From: Planctomycetota bacterium
GTDB taxonomy: Bacteria; Planctomycetota; Planctomycetia; Pirellulales; Pirellulaceae
Direction: 5' to 3'
Length of the DNA stretch: 64,000 nucleotides
Assembly (NCBI GenBank): GCA_036336715.1
Contig: JAYZFP010000074.1
Span: 18,531 to 82,530 of the forward strand
Both the position numbers and the translations under genes were made by a program. The notes beneath the pieces are model-generated. The model was not told where the DNA came from. It saw nothing but the letters and a program-made list of their open reading frames with translations, and searched no databases. Shown here piece after piece: positions 1 to 9,506 of this stretch; position 1 is the first letter of the stretch; each line of letters opens with the position of its first letter.

Positions 1-2
1 TC

Positions 3-686
3 GGCCTGCGGACCTCAACGCATGCTTTCAATTTTGGTGGCAACAGCAAGTGGAAGCACTACTCCAACGGCTACGGGGGAGAGATGAAGGAATGGAAAGA
101 CGGTTTTGGCCGATTGGTGTTGGGTGAAAAATGGATTTCGCATCACGGCAGGCACAAGGTGGAAAGCACCAAGGGATTGGTGGTCAAAGAGGCGGCTGAA
201 CACCCGATCCTGAAGGGTATCGAGGATGGCGATGTCTGGGGACCGAGTGATGTGTACGGTGTGCGGCTCCCTTTGCCGGGAGATTCCAAACCGCTGATCC
301 TGGGCCAGGTCACCTTGCGAAAACTGAAACCTTCAGCTGATGACGTTCTGTTCGGAATGCGGGAAACGGATGACGAAAAAAAAACGGGCGGAAAAAACGA
401 ACCGATGATGCCGGTCGCCTGGACCAAATCCTACCAGTGCCCGGGTGGAAAAAAAGGAATGGCATTCACCACAACGTTGGGGGCCTCCACCGACCTGCTG
501 GCCAGCGGCACGCGAAAAATGGTTGTCAATGCTGCTTACTGGGCCACCGGTTTGTCGGACAAGATTCCGGCCGACGGGTGTCACGTTGAGTTGGTAGGCG
601 AATACAAGCCAACCCGCTTCGAATTTCGCAGTAACGATTACTGGAAAAAAAGAAACATGATGCCCAGTGAACATGAGCTGAAGTAG
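3..686 (+). CDS. ThuA-like (GATase1-like fold) protein, 5'-truncated by the window edge
   Basis: The frame is open from base 3 to TAG 684-686; the ORF track lists only 84..686. The C-terminal layout PVAWTKSY...GKKGMAFTTTLGAS...RKMVVNAAYWATG resembles the P-x-W / GRVFYTxLGH / W-A layout of ThuA (trehalose utilisation) family proteins. Confidence 0.45.
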   Translation, partial: GLRTSTHAFNFGGNSKWKHYSNGYGGEMKEWKDGFGRLVLGEKWISHHGRHKVESTKGLVVKEAAEHPILKGIEDGDVWGPSDVYGVRLPLPGDSKPLILGQVTLRKLKPSADDVLFGMRETDDEKKTGGKNEPMMPVAWTKSYQCPGGKKGMAFTTTLGASTDLLASGTRKMVVNAAYWATGLSDKIPADGCHVELVGEYKPTRFEFRSNDYWKKRNMMPSEHELK

Positions 687-718
687 TCGACCGAACGCAA
701 CCTGAACATTGGAATCAT

Positions 719-746
719 GGCCGGCTTTTTTCGCCGGCTTTTTTTG
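719..746 (+). terminator. Rho-independent terminator after the ThuA-like gene
   Basis: GGCCGGC (719-725) and GCCGGC (733-738) form a stem around a T-rich loop, followed by a T7 run (739-745), about 35 nt after the stop codon. Confidence 0.6.
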
Positions 747-965
747 TTCCTGTTTTGAGCGATCGCCTGACAGGGCGGGCAACGCACCTGTGCGGTCCGG
801 GGATGGCAGCATGGAATGGCAGTGTCCGCCGATCGGCAGGTCTGTCCGGCATCCGGGCGGGCAACCGGGGATTTCCGTGGCGAACCTGACCCGGAAACCC
901 TAGAATGTGATTCGATCCGACCATGATTCTCCCCTGCGGAGAGAGTGCCAGAAGGAAGCCTTGCC

Positions 966-2408
966 ATGAAGAATCATTTCCGGGCCAGCGCCTTTGATTA
1001 TTTCAATGCTCGCCAGCATGACGGGCTGACGGTATTTTCCAGGCGGGGGATGATCAAGTCTTCGCTTGCCGGAATTGCCGGGCTTTCGTTGCCCCTGCTG
1101 CTAAAGCAACGGGCCGCCGCGCAGGGTGGGGCCCCCGCTCCCGGTGGGAAAAGTGTCATCCTGCTCTGGATGGCCGGCGGTCCAAGCCACATCGATACCT
1201 GGGATCCCAAACCGGATCGACCCTATGAAAATCGTGGCCCCTTCGGTGTGACTTCCACGAAGCTGAGTGGCGTACAGATTTCCGAGCACCTGCCGAGGCA
1301 GGCAGCCATGCTGGACCGGTTCACCCTTCTCCGCAGCGTGGATGCCCGAAAGAGCAATCACGAACCCAACATGGTTTTCCAGACCGGCCACCGTGGAGCG
1401 GCGCCCCGGGTGAATCCCAAGGGCACCGCCTTTCCGGCAATCGGTTCGGTGGTTGCCAAGCATCATGGTGCCAACCAGCGGGGCGCCCTGCCCTACGTGG
1501 CCTTTCAAAGATCGAGGTCCCATATTGCCTATTCGGGTGACCTGGGCCAGGAGTTCGATCCGTTCATCGCGGAAAGGGCGTGCCGACTTCCTGTTTATGA
1601 CCTGGTCGGCAAGGAGACGGGAAAAATTTCGGGTGCCGAAATGTTTCAGACCGTTGCCGGGGTATCTGTCGATCGTTTGGGGGGCAGGCAGAATCTGCTC
1701 AAGCAACTCGATCAGGCGAGAGCTGTCATGGAAAAGGGAAACTCAACAGGTTCGATCGATCCTTTCTCAAAGCAGGCCCTGGCATTGATTACCGATCCCA
1801 CGGTTCAGCAGGCTTTTGATCTGGGCAAGGAAACGGCCAGGACACGCGAACGTTATGGAAAACACCTGTGGTGCCAGAAAGCGCTGATTGCCCGAAGGCT
1901 GGTGGAAGCAGGCTCTGCATTTGTCACCATTGACCTCAGCTACCATACGGCCTCCGGCACCTGGGATAACCATGGAGACAACATTCCTCCCTATGGCGGA
2001 ATCCGGAAGGGACTGGGGCCCCTGCTACCCCTCTTCGACCACCTGATCACGACGCTGGTTTCCGATCTTGAGGAACGGGGGCTGTTGGATAACGTGCTGG
2101 TCATTGCCATGGGTGAATTTGGTCGCACTCCCAGGATCGGTACGCAAGAGAGCACCGACGGAAGGGACCATTGGCCGGTGGTCATGTCGGCTTGCCTGGC
2201 TGGAGGAGGGATGAGGCATGGGCAGGTCATCGGTTCCACCGAGGCAGATGGCTCGGACATCAAGAACCGGCCTGTGACCCCTGGCGACCTGGCCGCAACG
2301 ATCTATCATCATTTCGGTGTTCCGCAAACTACCACCTATCTCGATTCCCGTGGTCGTCCCCAGTACGTGGTTGCCGAAAATGGCAAACCGATCCGGGAGC
2401 TGATTTGA
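966..2408 (+). CDS. DUF1501 domain protein (sulfatase-like, Tat-exported)
   Basis: Tat-like leader SRRGMIKSSLAGIAGLSLPLLL, then GGPSHIDTWDPKP, GEFGRTPRI and GRDHW motifs typical of DUF1501. ATG 966 is preferred over the alternative start at 945. Confidence 0.85.
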   Translation: MKNHFRASAFDYFNARQHDGLTVFSRRGMIKSSLAGIAGLSLPLLLKQRAAAQGGAPAPGGKSVILLWMAGGPSHIDTWDPKPDRPYENRGPFGVTSTKLSGVQISEHLPRQAAMLDRFTLLRSVDARKSNHEPNMVFQTGHRGAAPRVNPKGTAFPAIGSVVAKHHGANQRGALPYVAFQRSRSHIAYSGDLGQEFDPFIAERACRLPVYDLVGKETGKISGAEMFQTVAGVSVDRLGGRQNLLKQLDQARAVMEKGNSTGSIDPFSKQALALITDPTVQQAFDLGKETARTRERYGKHLWCQKALIARRLVEAGSAFVTIDLSYHTASGTWDNHGDNIPPYGGIRKGLGPLLPLFDHLITTLVSDLEERGLLDNVLVIAMGEFGRTPRIGTQESTDGRDHWPVVMSACLAGGGMRHGQVIGSTEADGSDIKNRPVTPGDLAATIYHHFGVPQTTTYLDSRGRPQYVVAENGKPIRELI

Positions 2409-2444
2409 AACGGAACCAGGGTGGTCACATTCTGCCGCTGACCA

Positions 2445-3779
2445 TCAAATTTGATTCAAAGCCGGTAAGGCCCAGGGCTTGCGGTACTCTTCCCGGGTCA
2501 TCCACTTTTCTGCTTCCGGGTCACCTTGGAATCGGTAGCTGCTGGAATCAAACCGGAGAGAGCGACCGGCCCGCCAGGCGGCATTGCCGAGGTGGCAGAG
2601 GAGACTGGATGGGTGACCAATGGTCTCCAGGTCCGCCCGCGGTTTTTCGCGGGTCTTCATGCAATGAAGAAAATTGGCCACATGGGACCCGGTGTTGTCA
2701 TAGGAACCTTTCCCCTCCTTCAGCAGACGATTTTTGGGGCCAAAAGCGCGCCAGCGGGAATTGCCGATCACGATGTAACCCTGGTCTCCAAAGACGGCGG
2801 CACCTTCACTTTCCTCCAGCATTGCATAAGGGGACCAGATTCTCATCTCATAAGTCAGGATTCTTCCCCGGCCGAAATCGTAGGTGCACATCAGGTTGTC
2901 CGGCCATTGCTGCAGGTCATCGAAGTAAGCTTTCCCTCCGTGGGCGGAAACGGATTGGACCGGACCCAGCGGAGTTTTCCCTTGCGCCCGCAGCGCCGTT
3001 TCCAATGCCCAGCGGGCCACGTCTAGGCGATGCACACCATCGTTGCCCAGGTCGCCCGCACCGTAATCAAAAAACCACCGCCAGTTTCCATGAAACCGGA
3101 GGGGATTGAACGGACGCTTGGGAGCCGGACCCAGCCACAGGTCGTAATCCACGCCGGGTGGGGGAGTCCGGTCTGCCGGCTTGCCGAGCGAACGCTGGCG
3201 GGTGCTTTCCCAGGCTTTGGCAAACAGGACTTTTCCCAGGTTGCCTTCGGCAATGTACTTGATGGCATCCTGGAAATGCTGACCACTGCGACTTTGCGTC
3301 CCAAGCTGGATCACTCGTTGGTATTTTTGACCGGCGGCGACCATCGCCCGACCTTCCAGGATGTTGTGGGCATCCGGTTTTTCACAGTACACATCCTTGC
3401 CCGCCTGGCAGGCCATGATCGTGGGGTGAGCATGCCAATGGGTGGGCGTTCCCAGCAGAATCGCATCCACCGCCGGGTCATCGAGTGCCTTACGAAAATC
3501 AGTCAACGGCGCCGGGCGTTTCTTTTTCAGATCACGAATTTCGTTTGCCCGGTTTTCACGTACCGATTCATCAACATCAACGACGTATCGGATGTCGACA
3601 CCCGGCTGGGCAGCGAAGGCCCGCAGGACCGAATTGCCACGACCCCTGAGGCCAATTGCGGCGATCGATACCCGGTCGTTGGGCGAGACCGATGCCCGGG
3701 CAATGGACTGGGGAGCCAGGGCCATTCCGGCCAGGCTGCCGGCAACAAACTTCCGCCGATTCAACATGACATTTTCCAT
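2445..3779 (-). CDS. Gfo/Idh/MocA family oxidoreductase with Tat signal
   Basis: The internal start MENVMLNRRKFVAGSLAGMALAP is a twin-arginine signal. Rossmann stretch VSIAAIGLRGRGNS and VYCEKP motif are present. The ORF-track start at 3974 would add an implausible 65-aa leader. Confidence 0.85.
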   Translation of the reverse strand: MENVMLNRRKFVAGSLAGMALAPQSIARASVSPNDRVSIAAIGLRGRGNSVLRAFAAQPGVDIRYVVDVDESVRENRANEIRDLKKKRPAPLTDFRKALDDPAVDAILLGTPTHWHAHPTIMACQAGKDVYCEKPDAHNILEGRAMVAAGQKYQRVIQLGTQSRSGQHFQDAIKYIAEGNLGKVLFAKAWESTRQRSLGKPADRTPPPGVDYDLWLGPAPKRPFNPLRFHGNWRWFFDYGAGDLGNDGVHRLDVARWALETALRAQGKTPLGPVQSVSAHGGKAYFDDLQQWPDNLMCTYDFGRGRILTYEMRIWSPYAMLEESEGAAVFGDQGYIVIGNSRWRAFGPKNRLLKEGKGSYDNTGSHVANFLHCMKTREKPRADLETIGHPSSLLCHLGNAAWRAGRSLRFDSSSYRFQGDPEAEKWMTREEYRKPWALPALNQI

Positions 3780-4065
3780 GCAGGCTTGGGTGGGTGGAGA
3801 CCCCGATCTTAACGGACACGACGGAGCATTGCCACAAAGGTGGTCTGCCAGATCCTGCCGGTTTTCCCGGGAAGATTGGCCCTTTGAGCGGTGTATCGGA
3901 TTGAGCTCGCCTGTTGTCGATTGGATGACAGTCTGAGCCGCGAGCCCGGGGCCGGTTTTTGCCAATCGCCCCAAAATCGCTCAAGTTTTGCAGCTGAACT
4001 TCCGAATGGCACACGTTTCGCAACAGTAACAACTCATCTTTTGACACCTTTCCCGGAGCAGCCCA

Positions 4066-4455
4066 ATGAACAGGATTCTTTTGTCACTGATGGTTGTCGT
4101 GGTCTTTTTCGCCGTCTCTGAAACGCTCTCGGCGCAGTCGATTCGAAGGATCACCCGCCCGTCCAATCGGTCCCTGACCTATTCAAATTTTTCGTACCGA
4201 TCTGTTGGTCCTGGCACGCACATCAGTCGTTACGCGGTACCCAGTCAAGTCACGCGACGGAATCACTCCGTGTCCCGGTCGACCCATTACCGACTGCCAA
4301 ACACCCATTCGCATCGCATCTACCATTCCCATCCCTACCTGCATTCCCACGGTTATCTTCGGTCGCCCTACCTGACCAGTCCGGGATGGAATTACCAGTT
4401 CGGATATTCGCCCCATTACTATCGCAGTGGTCTTTCATTCCGCATTGGATTCTGA
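4066..4455 (+). CDS. Small secreted His/Tyr/Ser/Arg-rich protein (hypothetical)
   Basis: Signal peptide MNRILLSLMVVVVFFAVSETLSAQS. The mature part is low-complexity with HSHRIYHSHPYLHSHGY and ends in ...SFRIGF. A terminator follows. Confidence 0.55.
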   Translation: MNRILLSLMVVVVFFAVSETLSAQSIRRITRPSNRSLTYSNFSYRSVGPGTHISRYAVPSQVTRRNHSVSRSTHYRLPNTHSHRIYHSHPYLHSHGYLRSPYLTSPGWNYQFGYSPHYYRSGLSFRIGF

Positions 4456-4479
4456 AAGCAAAGAGTGAATACCCCGCCT

Positions 4480-4517
4480 GGCTGCCGGTCCACGTTGGGC
4501 CGGCAGCCTGATTTTCT
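4480..4517 (+). terminator. Hairpin terminator between convergent genes (small secreted protein / birA)
   Basis: GGCTGCCGG (4480-4488) pairs perfectly with CCGGCAGCC (4500-4508) around an 11-nt loop, followed by TGATTTTCT. Confidence 0.6.
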
Positions 4518-4547
4518 GGAGCATTTGCAGCAAATCAAGACCACCCT

Positions 4548-5390
4548 TTACCCGGTCACGTCGACGATCGATGCCGACTGAAACTCCCGGGTCTGGTCGC
4601 CTACCCGCAGCCGCAAACTTCCATTTGGGCTGAGCCCCTCGTAGCGGCCTTGGATCAATACTCCAGGGTTTGACAAAGTCTCGCCGGGAATGGCTGGTAC
4701 GGCAATCCTGACCGTTTTCCCTTCAAGAAAGTCGATTTCCCGGATTTTGTTCAACAGGTCTTCCAGTGGCCTGTTCTGTAACGACCGGAAATTCTCCCAG
4801 AGAGATCCAAGCAGGTCGAGCGGATCCATTTTTTTTCCGCTGGTCTGAAAAAAAGAGATCGGAGCAAACGGGCTGTCCTCAAGCGGCAGAAATGACTCGT
4901 TGTTGAGGTTGATTCCGATCCCCACGATTCTGACTGACGGAGCCTGGGCAACGGTTTCGATCAGGATTCCGGCCACCTTTCCTCTCCCGGCGATAATGTC
5001 ATTGGGCCATTTGATAAGAAAAGGAGAATCCCCGGATCCGGAAAACCGGTTTAGGGCGATCGCCGTGGCGCATCCCCAGAGCAGAGAATCTTTCGCCGCT
5101 GAATGGTCGCTGGAGCCTTCCACGACGAATGTAAAGGTCATCGAGCCCACGCCGGAAAACCAGCTTTTGCCCGCTCGTCCTCTTCCTCTGGTCTGTCTGG
5201 ATGTATAGATTAACGCGGGCAGCTGGGAATCGGATTGTGTGGCTGAAGATACTGTCATCGAAGGCTCTGCGATCCAGGATTTGGCGAAATCGCTGGTCGA
5301 ATCCAGTTCCTCAAAAAAATAAACCGAATTCAGGTCCGGAATTCTTTCCAGCAGGCTGGCCCGGTTCAGTTTGTTCGGGTGTCCCATCAA
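4548..5390 (-). CDS. birA: Biotin--[acetyl-CoA-carboxylase] ligase (group I, no HTH)
   Basis: GRGRAGKSW (GRGRxGRxW biotinyl-AMP loop), KWPNDI and GKVAGILIE motifs. There is no N-terminal DNA-binding domain. Confidence 0.85.
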   Translation of the reverse strand: MMGHPNKLNRASLLERIPDLNSVYFFEELDSTSDFAKSWIAEPSMTVSSATQSDSQLPALIYTSRQTRGRGRAGKSWFSGVGSMTFTFVVEGSSDHSAAKDSLLWGCATAIALNRFSGSGDSPFLIKWPNDIIAGRGKVAGILIETVAQAPSVRIVGIGINLNNESFLPLEDSPFAPISFFQTSGKKMDPLDLLGSLWENFRSLQNRPLEDLLNKIREIDFLEGKTVRIAVPAIPGETLSNPGVLIQGRYEGLSPNGSLRLRVGDQTREFQSASIVDVTG

Positions 5391-5480
5391 CTGGTCCTCG
5401 CTGGAATCGGGGTCCTGGCCAAGGGGATCACCGGGTACTGTCCCCGGGCCGCTAATCTTTTCCCTGTGGTTGGCATAGAA

Positions 5481-6479
5481 ATGTTTGTTGATCGTGTTGA
5501 AATTGACATCGTGGCCGGTAAAGGGGGCGATGGTTGCATGAGTTTTCGCCGCGAGCGGTATGTCCCCAAAGGGGGGCCGGACGGTGGAGACGGTGGCAAT
5601 GGTGGCAGCGTCCTGATCGAGGCGGTGGACGGCATCAACAGTCTAGTCGCTTTGAAACACAAAAGGCAGTGGAAAGCGGAACGGGGCAAACATGGCAGTG
5701 GATCGGATCGTCGTGGACGCAACGGAACCGATATTACGATCTCCGTTCCTCCCGGTACCCTGCTGATCGATCACCAGGACGGTTTTGTCATCAAGGATTT
5801 GGCTGCGGTGGGAGATTCGCTGGTAGCCGCCAGGGGCGGAACCGGCGGGCGGGGTAATGCCCATTTCAAATCTTCCACCAACCAGGCACCCCGGGAGTGG
5901 ACACCCGGTTCGGAGGGCGAGTCCCGCCGACTAATCCTGGAGCTGAAGGTAATTGCCGATGTCGGTTTGATCGGAAAACCGAATGCAGGGAAAAGCACCC
6001 TGCTGAGTCGGATGTCCCGTGCAAAACCGGAGATCGCTTCCTACCCATTTACCACCAAGTTCCCCAACCTGGGACTGGTCGAAGTGGATATCGATCGGAC
6101 GTTTGTGCTGGCCGACATTCCCGGACTGATCGAGGGAGCCAGCGAAGGGGTCGGCCTGGGACATGAATTCCTGAAGCATATTGAACGTGCCGGCATCCTG
6201 GTTCATCTGGTGGAGCCTGCACCGATGGACGAATCCGATCCCCTGGAAAATTACCGGCTGATCCGCAATGAGTTGATCCAGTACAAACCGGAGTTGGGAC
6301 ATCGGCCCGAACTGGTTGTGGTCACCAAGAGTGAACTGCCTGGAGCCGAGGAGATTTCCCGCAGGCTGGAAGAAGCAACCGGGCAACCGGTTTTACTGAT
6401 CTCTGCGGCCACCGGTAGCCGACTCGATTTTCTCACGGGCCGAATCGCCGAGATGTTGGCTGAACAGAACAGGGCCTGA
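5481..6479 (+). CDS. obg: GTPase Obg/CgtA
   Basis: [25 protein letters not shown] and a glycine-rich Obg fold ([18 protein letters not shown]), then G1 GKPNAGKST and G3 [12 protein letters not shown] 5481 fits the canonical Obg N-terminus. Confidence 0.95.
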   Translation: MFVDRVEIDIVAGKGGDGCMSFRRERYVPKGGPDGGDGGNGGSVLIEAVDGINSLVALKHKRQWKAERGKHGSGSDRRGRNGTDITISVPPGTLLIDHQDGFVIKDLAAVGDSLVAARGGTGGRGNAHFKSSTNQAPREWTPGSEGESRRLILELKVIADVGLIGKPNAGKSTLLSRMSRAKPEIASYPFTTKFPNLGLVEVDIDRTFVLADIPGLIEGASEGVGLGHEFLKHIERAGILVHLVEPAPMDESDPLENYRLIRNELIQYKPELGHRPELVVVTKSELPGAEEISRRLEEATGQPVLLISAATGSRLDFLTGRIAEMLAEQNRA

Positions 6480-6506
6480 TTTTTCCAGAATGGGATTTAC
6501 CTGCCG

Positions 6507-7259
6507 ATGAACCTGTTGACCATTGATATTGGAAACAGCCGCTGCAAAATCTGTAGCGGCCCGATCAAAGAAGGTTTCCCTGCAAAGAAGGTACTGAACA
6601 TGACGCCGACCGAGTTGGAGCAGTACCTTGACGGCTCTTTGAATCCGGAAGCCTGTCTGGTGTCCAGCGTGCGAAGCGATACAGGACAAAGTGTGCGGTT
6701 GATCCTTGAAAAGAGGTTCTCTGCCAACAGCCTTTTTTTTCTCGACTCCCGCACATCCCCCCTGCCCCTCGATATAGCATCGCCGGAGACTCTCGGAAGT
6801 GACCGGATTGCTGCCGCATTTGCTGCCTACCTCCGGGCTCAGCGTTCGACGATCGTGGTGGATGCGGGGACCGCCCTGACCATTGACCTGGTCAATGATC
6901 AGGGTGTTTTCTGTGGCGGGACGATCTTCCCAGGAATCCAGTTGCAGCTCGATTCCCTGCATCGGCAGACGGATCAACTTCCCCGCCTGGACTGGGACCA
7001 GGAGCAGGTTCCTCCCCTACTCGGAAAAAAAACCGAACAGGCGATTCGAAGCGGTATTTTCTGGAGCCAGGTGGGTGGTATGGAGCGGATTGTTTCCAAC
7101 CTGGCTGGATCCTGTCCGGATATCCCGATTTTCGTCAGCGGTGGTTGCGGCCAGCCTCTGCTTCAGGCTTCGAGCCTGAAGGGAGAGTACATAGAAAACC
7201 TGGTTCTCAGGGGATTGTGGGAAATTGGGGTCCGGAGAGCCCGGCAACAGGCGGATTGA
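6507..7259 (+). CDS. coaX: Type III pantothenate kinase
   Basis: N-terminal LLTIDIGNSRCK (actin-fold phosphate-1 motif of PanK-III), GSDRIAAAFAA, and about 250 aa length. Confidence 0.85.
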   Translation: MNLLTIDIGNSRCKICSGPIKEGFPAKKVLNMTPTELEQYLDGSLNPEACLVSSVRSDTGQSVRLILEKRFSANSLFFLDSRTSPLPLDIASPETLGSDRIAAAFAAYLRAQRSTIVVDAGTALTIDLVNDQGVFCGGTIFPGIQLQLDSLHRQTDQLPRLDWDQEQVPPLLGKKTEQAIRSGIFWSQVGGMERIVSNLAGSCPDIPIFVSGGCGQPLLQASSLKGEYIENLVLRGLWEIGVRRARQQAD

Positions 7260-7435
7260 CGGTCGGCGCAGAATCCCTGGCTGTTCTCAGCAAAGCAGGT
7301 GGACCGATTCGCCAGCGGACCACCCGCTGAAGCCCAATTGCCTTGCCCCCACTCGACAAGGCTCCAACCGATTCAGCTCCACTCGAATGGGTCCTGAACG
7401 CTGTGGAGAAACCGTCCCAGGGACCGTTTTCTTCC

Positions 7436-9430
7436 TTACTGGACACCGAGGTTGACCGCGGGCAGTTGGGCGATTAGAAAGCTGTTCTGGTTCTGGATGT
7501 TTGCCAGCGCCTGTTCCATGGCTATAAATTGCGAAACCAACTGGTCGGATTTGATCTGAATCAGTTCTTCGGTATTTTGAATGCTCACATCCAGTGACTC
7601 GATCTGAGCATCGTACCGGTCGTTGGTGGTCTTGATTTGACCGGTAACCGGGTCTAGCATACCACCGATGATTTGGTCGAGTTGTGAGGCAAACCCCCGG
7701 GTGACCGTTATCTGCCCCTCGGAGCCATTACTGATCTGGCTTGCGTTGAGTGTTACCTTCAACTGGATGTCGGCCGTGGTTGAGTTTGTCGTGCTGCCTG
7801 AAAGGACTCTGCCGCTGCCAATTGCCTCTTCGACCTGGCCGTCGACAATAAACTTGCCGACGACGTCCTGCCCGGTGTCCTGGTCACTGGTCGTCAGGCC
7901 CAGGTCAGTCAGTGCGGTGCCGGAAAAATTCTCCAGCCTTGATTCATTTCCATAGATGTTGGAAACCAATTTCAGGCCATCCGAAGATACGCTGACGCTG
8001 ACGGACCTGCCCTTGAGATCGGAACCGTTAATGACCACTTCCAGGTGATCCGCCAGTTCCTGTCTCGTGTAGGTGCCCTCCGTAAGCTCGAGGGTCCCGG
8101 TCGATCTTGAATCGACTTCGACCTCAAAGGTCTTGTTGCCAGAGCCGATGACGATACTCTCAGCCAGTGCGGTGCCCACGACAGTCGCCTTTTCGGCCGC
8201 CTGGGAAATGTCGACCTCAAACGGTGTACTCGAGGCCTCGGTTTTTGAACTGCCCAGGATGAACGAGATACCGCTGTTGGTACTGTTGCCGTCCAGTGCA
8301 AAAAGCCTTTTCAACTCGGTGGTTCCCACGCCATCGAGTTCTCCATTGAGAGCCTTTCCAAGTCGGGCCGAGTTGATAAACAGCCGTCCTTTATCGTTGA
8401 AATTTACCCCGATTGCCGAGAGTTGGTTGAAGGCCGCGTCCAGCCCGGGAACTGCAAAAATCAACTTGTTGCGAATGTCATCCTGGATCCCGATCACGCT
8501 TCTCTCACCCAGCAGAATTCCTCCCTGCTCGGTTTCCGCGTTGAAACCCGACTGGCTGTCGATGGATTCCATCAGTGAGTTGAATGAGTCCACAAAGTTC
8601 TGGACTGCTTCCTCACTGGTTTCGACGTCATTCTGGACGGAGATGTTGACCGGCTTGCTGGCGTTGGCCGACGTGACGTTGAAGGTCAGGCCCTCCAGCA
8701 CGTTATTGAACTGGTTGGAAACGGAGTTGACGGTAATTGCCCCGGCACCGGAACCGATGGTCACAGTGGCATCGGAGGCGTTTTGAACCGCATCGCCTGA
8801 AAAATCAGGCTGGGTGGCCCCGCCCGAGGTGGGGCCCAGATTATTGGTGATCTGGATGGTCTGCGAGGCGCCGGTTTCCTTTCCGGTCAGCAGAATGCGG
8901 GATCCGTTGGAATCGGTTACCAGCGAGGCAAAGGCCTCGCTGGAGGCTGTATTGATGGCATCGACAAGGCCCTGCACTGAATCATTGGTACTGTCGATCG
9001 TGACCGTGGTGGATGCTCCGTTTCCGACCTGGATGGTGAAATCACCCTGCGTGATCTGGGAATCGGTCGAATCGAATGAATTGGAGGCTACCTGGTGGGC
9101 TGCTGCCAGCGAATTGACAGTCACCGTGTAAACGCCGTTAACGGCGTTCTGGTTAGCTGAGACCTGGAGGATGTCCTCGTCGGAGGAGCTGGCAAGTTTG
9201 CCTTCAAGGATATTGTTCTGGGTCCGACCGAGGCTGGCAATTTGGCCGCGAAGCGATGCCAGTTGGGCCTCAATGGTTCCAAAGGCAGCCTGCTTGGCAA
9301 CAATACGTGTTTTTTTGGTGTTCAGCCGGTCGATTTGCGACTGGGAGACTTCGAGGAGACCATCAATGATCGATTGAGTATCAAATCCGGAAATCAGTCC
9401 ATCGATTGAAATCATGTCGATTCTTTCCAT
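7436..9430 (-). CDS. fliD: Flagellar filament capping protein FliD
   Basis: N-terminal ISIDGLISGFDTQSIIDGLLEVSQSQIDRL, a helical C-terminus, S/T/N-rich middle domains, and a position directly downstream of flagellin. Confidence 0.85.
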   Translation of the reverse strand: MERIDMISIDGLISGFDTQSIIDGLLEVSQSQIDRLNTKKTRIVAKQAAFGTIEAQLASLRGQIASLGRTQNNILEGKLASSSDEDILQVSANQNAVNGVYTVTVNSLAAAHQVASNSFDSTDSQITQGDFTIQVGNGASTTVTIDSTNDSVQGLVDAINTASSEAFASLVTDSNGSRILLTGKETGASQTIQITNNLGPTSGGATQPDFSGDAVQNASDATVTIGSGAGAITVNSVSNQFNNVLEGLTFNVTSANASKPVNISVQNDVETSEEAVQNFVDSFNSLMESIDSQSGFNAETEQGGILLGERSVIGIQDDIRNKLIFAVPGLDAAFNQLSAIGVNFNDKGRLFINSARLGKALNGELDGVGTTELKRLFALDGNSTNSGISFILGSSKTEASSTPFEVDISQAAEKATVVGTALAESIVIGSGNKTFEVEVDSRSTGTLELTEGTYTRQELADHLEVVINGSDLKGRSVSVSVSSDGLKLVSNIYGNESRLENFSGTALTDLGLTTSDQDTGQDVVGKFIVDGQVEEAIGSGRVLSGSTTNSTTADIQLKVTLNASQISNGSEGQITVTRGFASQLDQIIGGMLDPVTGQIKTTNDRYDAQIESLDVSIQNTEELIQIKSDQLVSQFIAMEQALANIQNQNSFLIAQLPAVNLGVQ

Positions 9431-9440
9431 GCTAGCGGCA

Positions 9441-9470
9441 AAAACGGGGTAACCGTATGACGGTTACCCC
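9441..9470 (-). terminator. Rho-independent terminator between fliC and fliD
   Basis: On the minus strand, GGGGTAACCG-TCATA-CGGTTACCCC (a perfect 10-bp stem) is followed by GTTTTT. It lies 37 nt after the fliC stop and just before the fliD start. Confidence 0.8.
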
Positions 9471-9506
9471 GATAGTTTGTATTTCGGATTGTCGAGTGGG
9501 AAAAAA

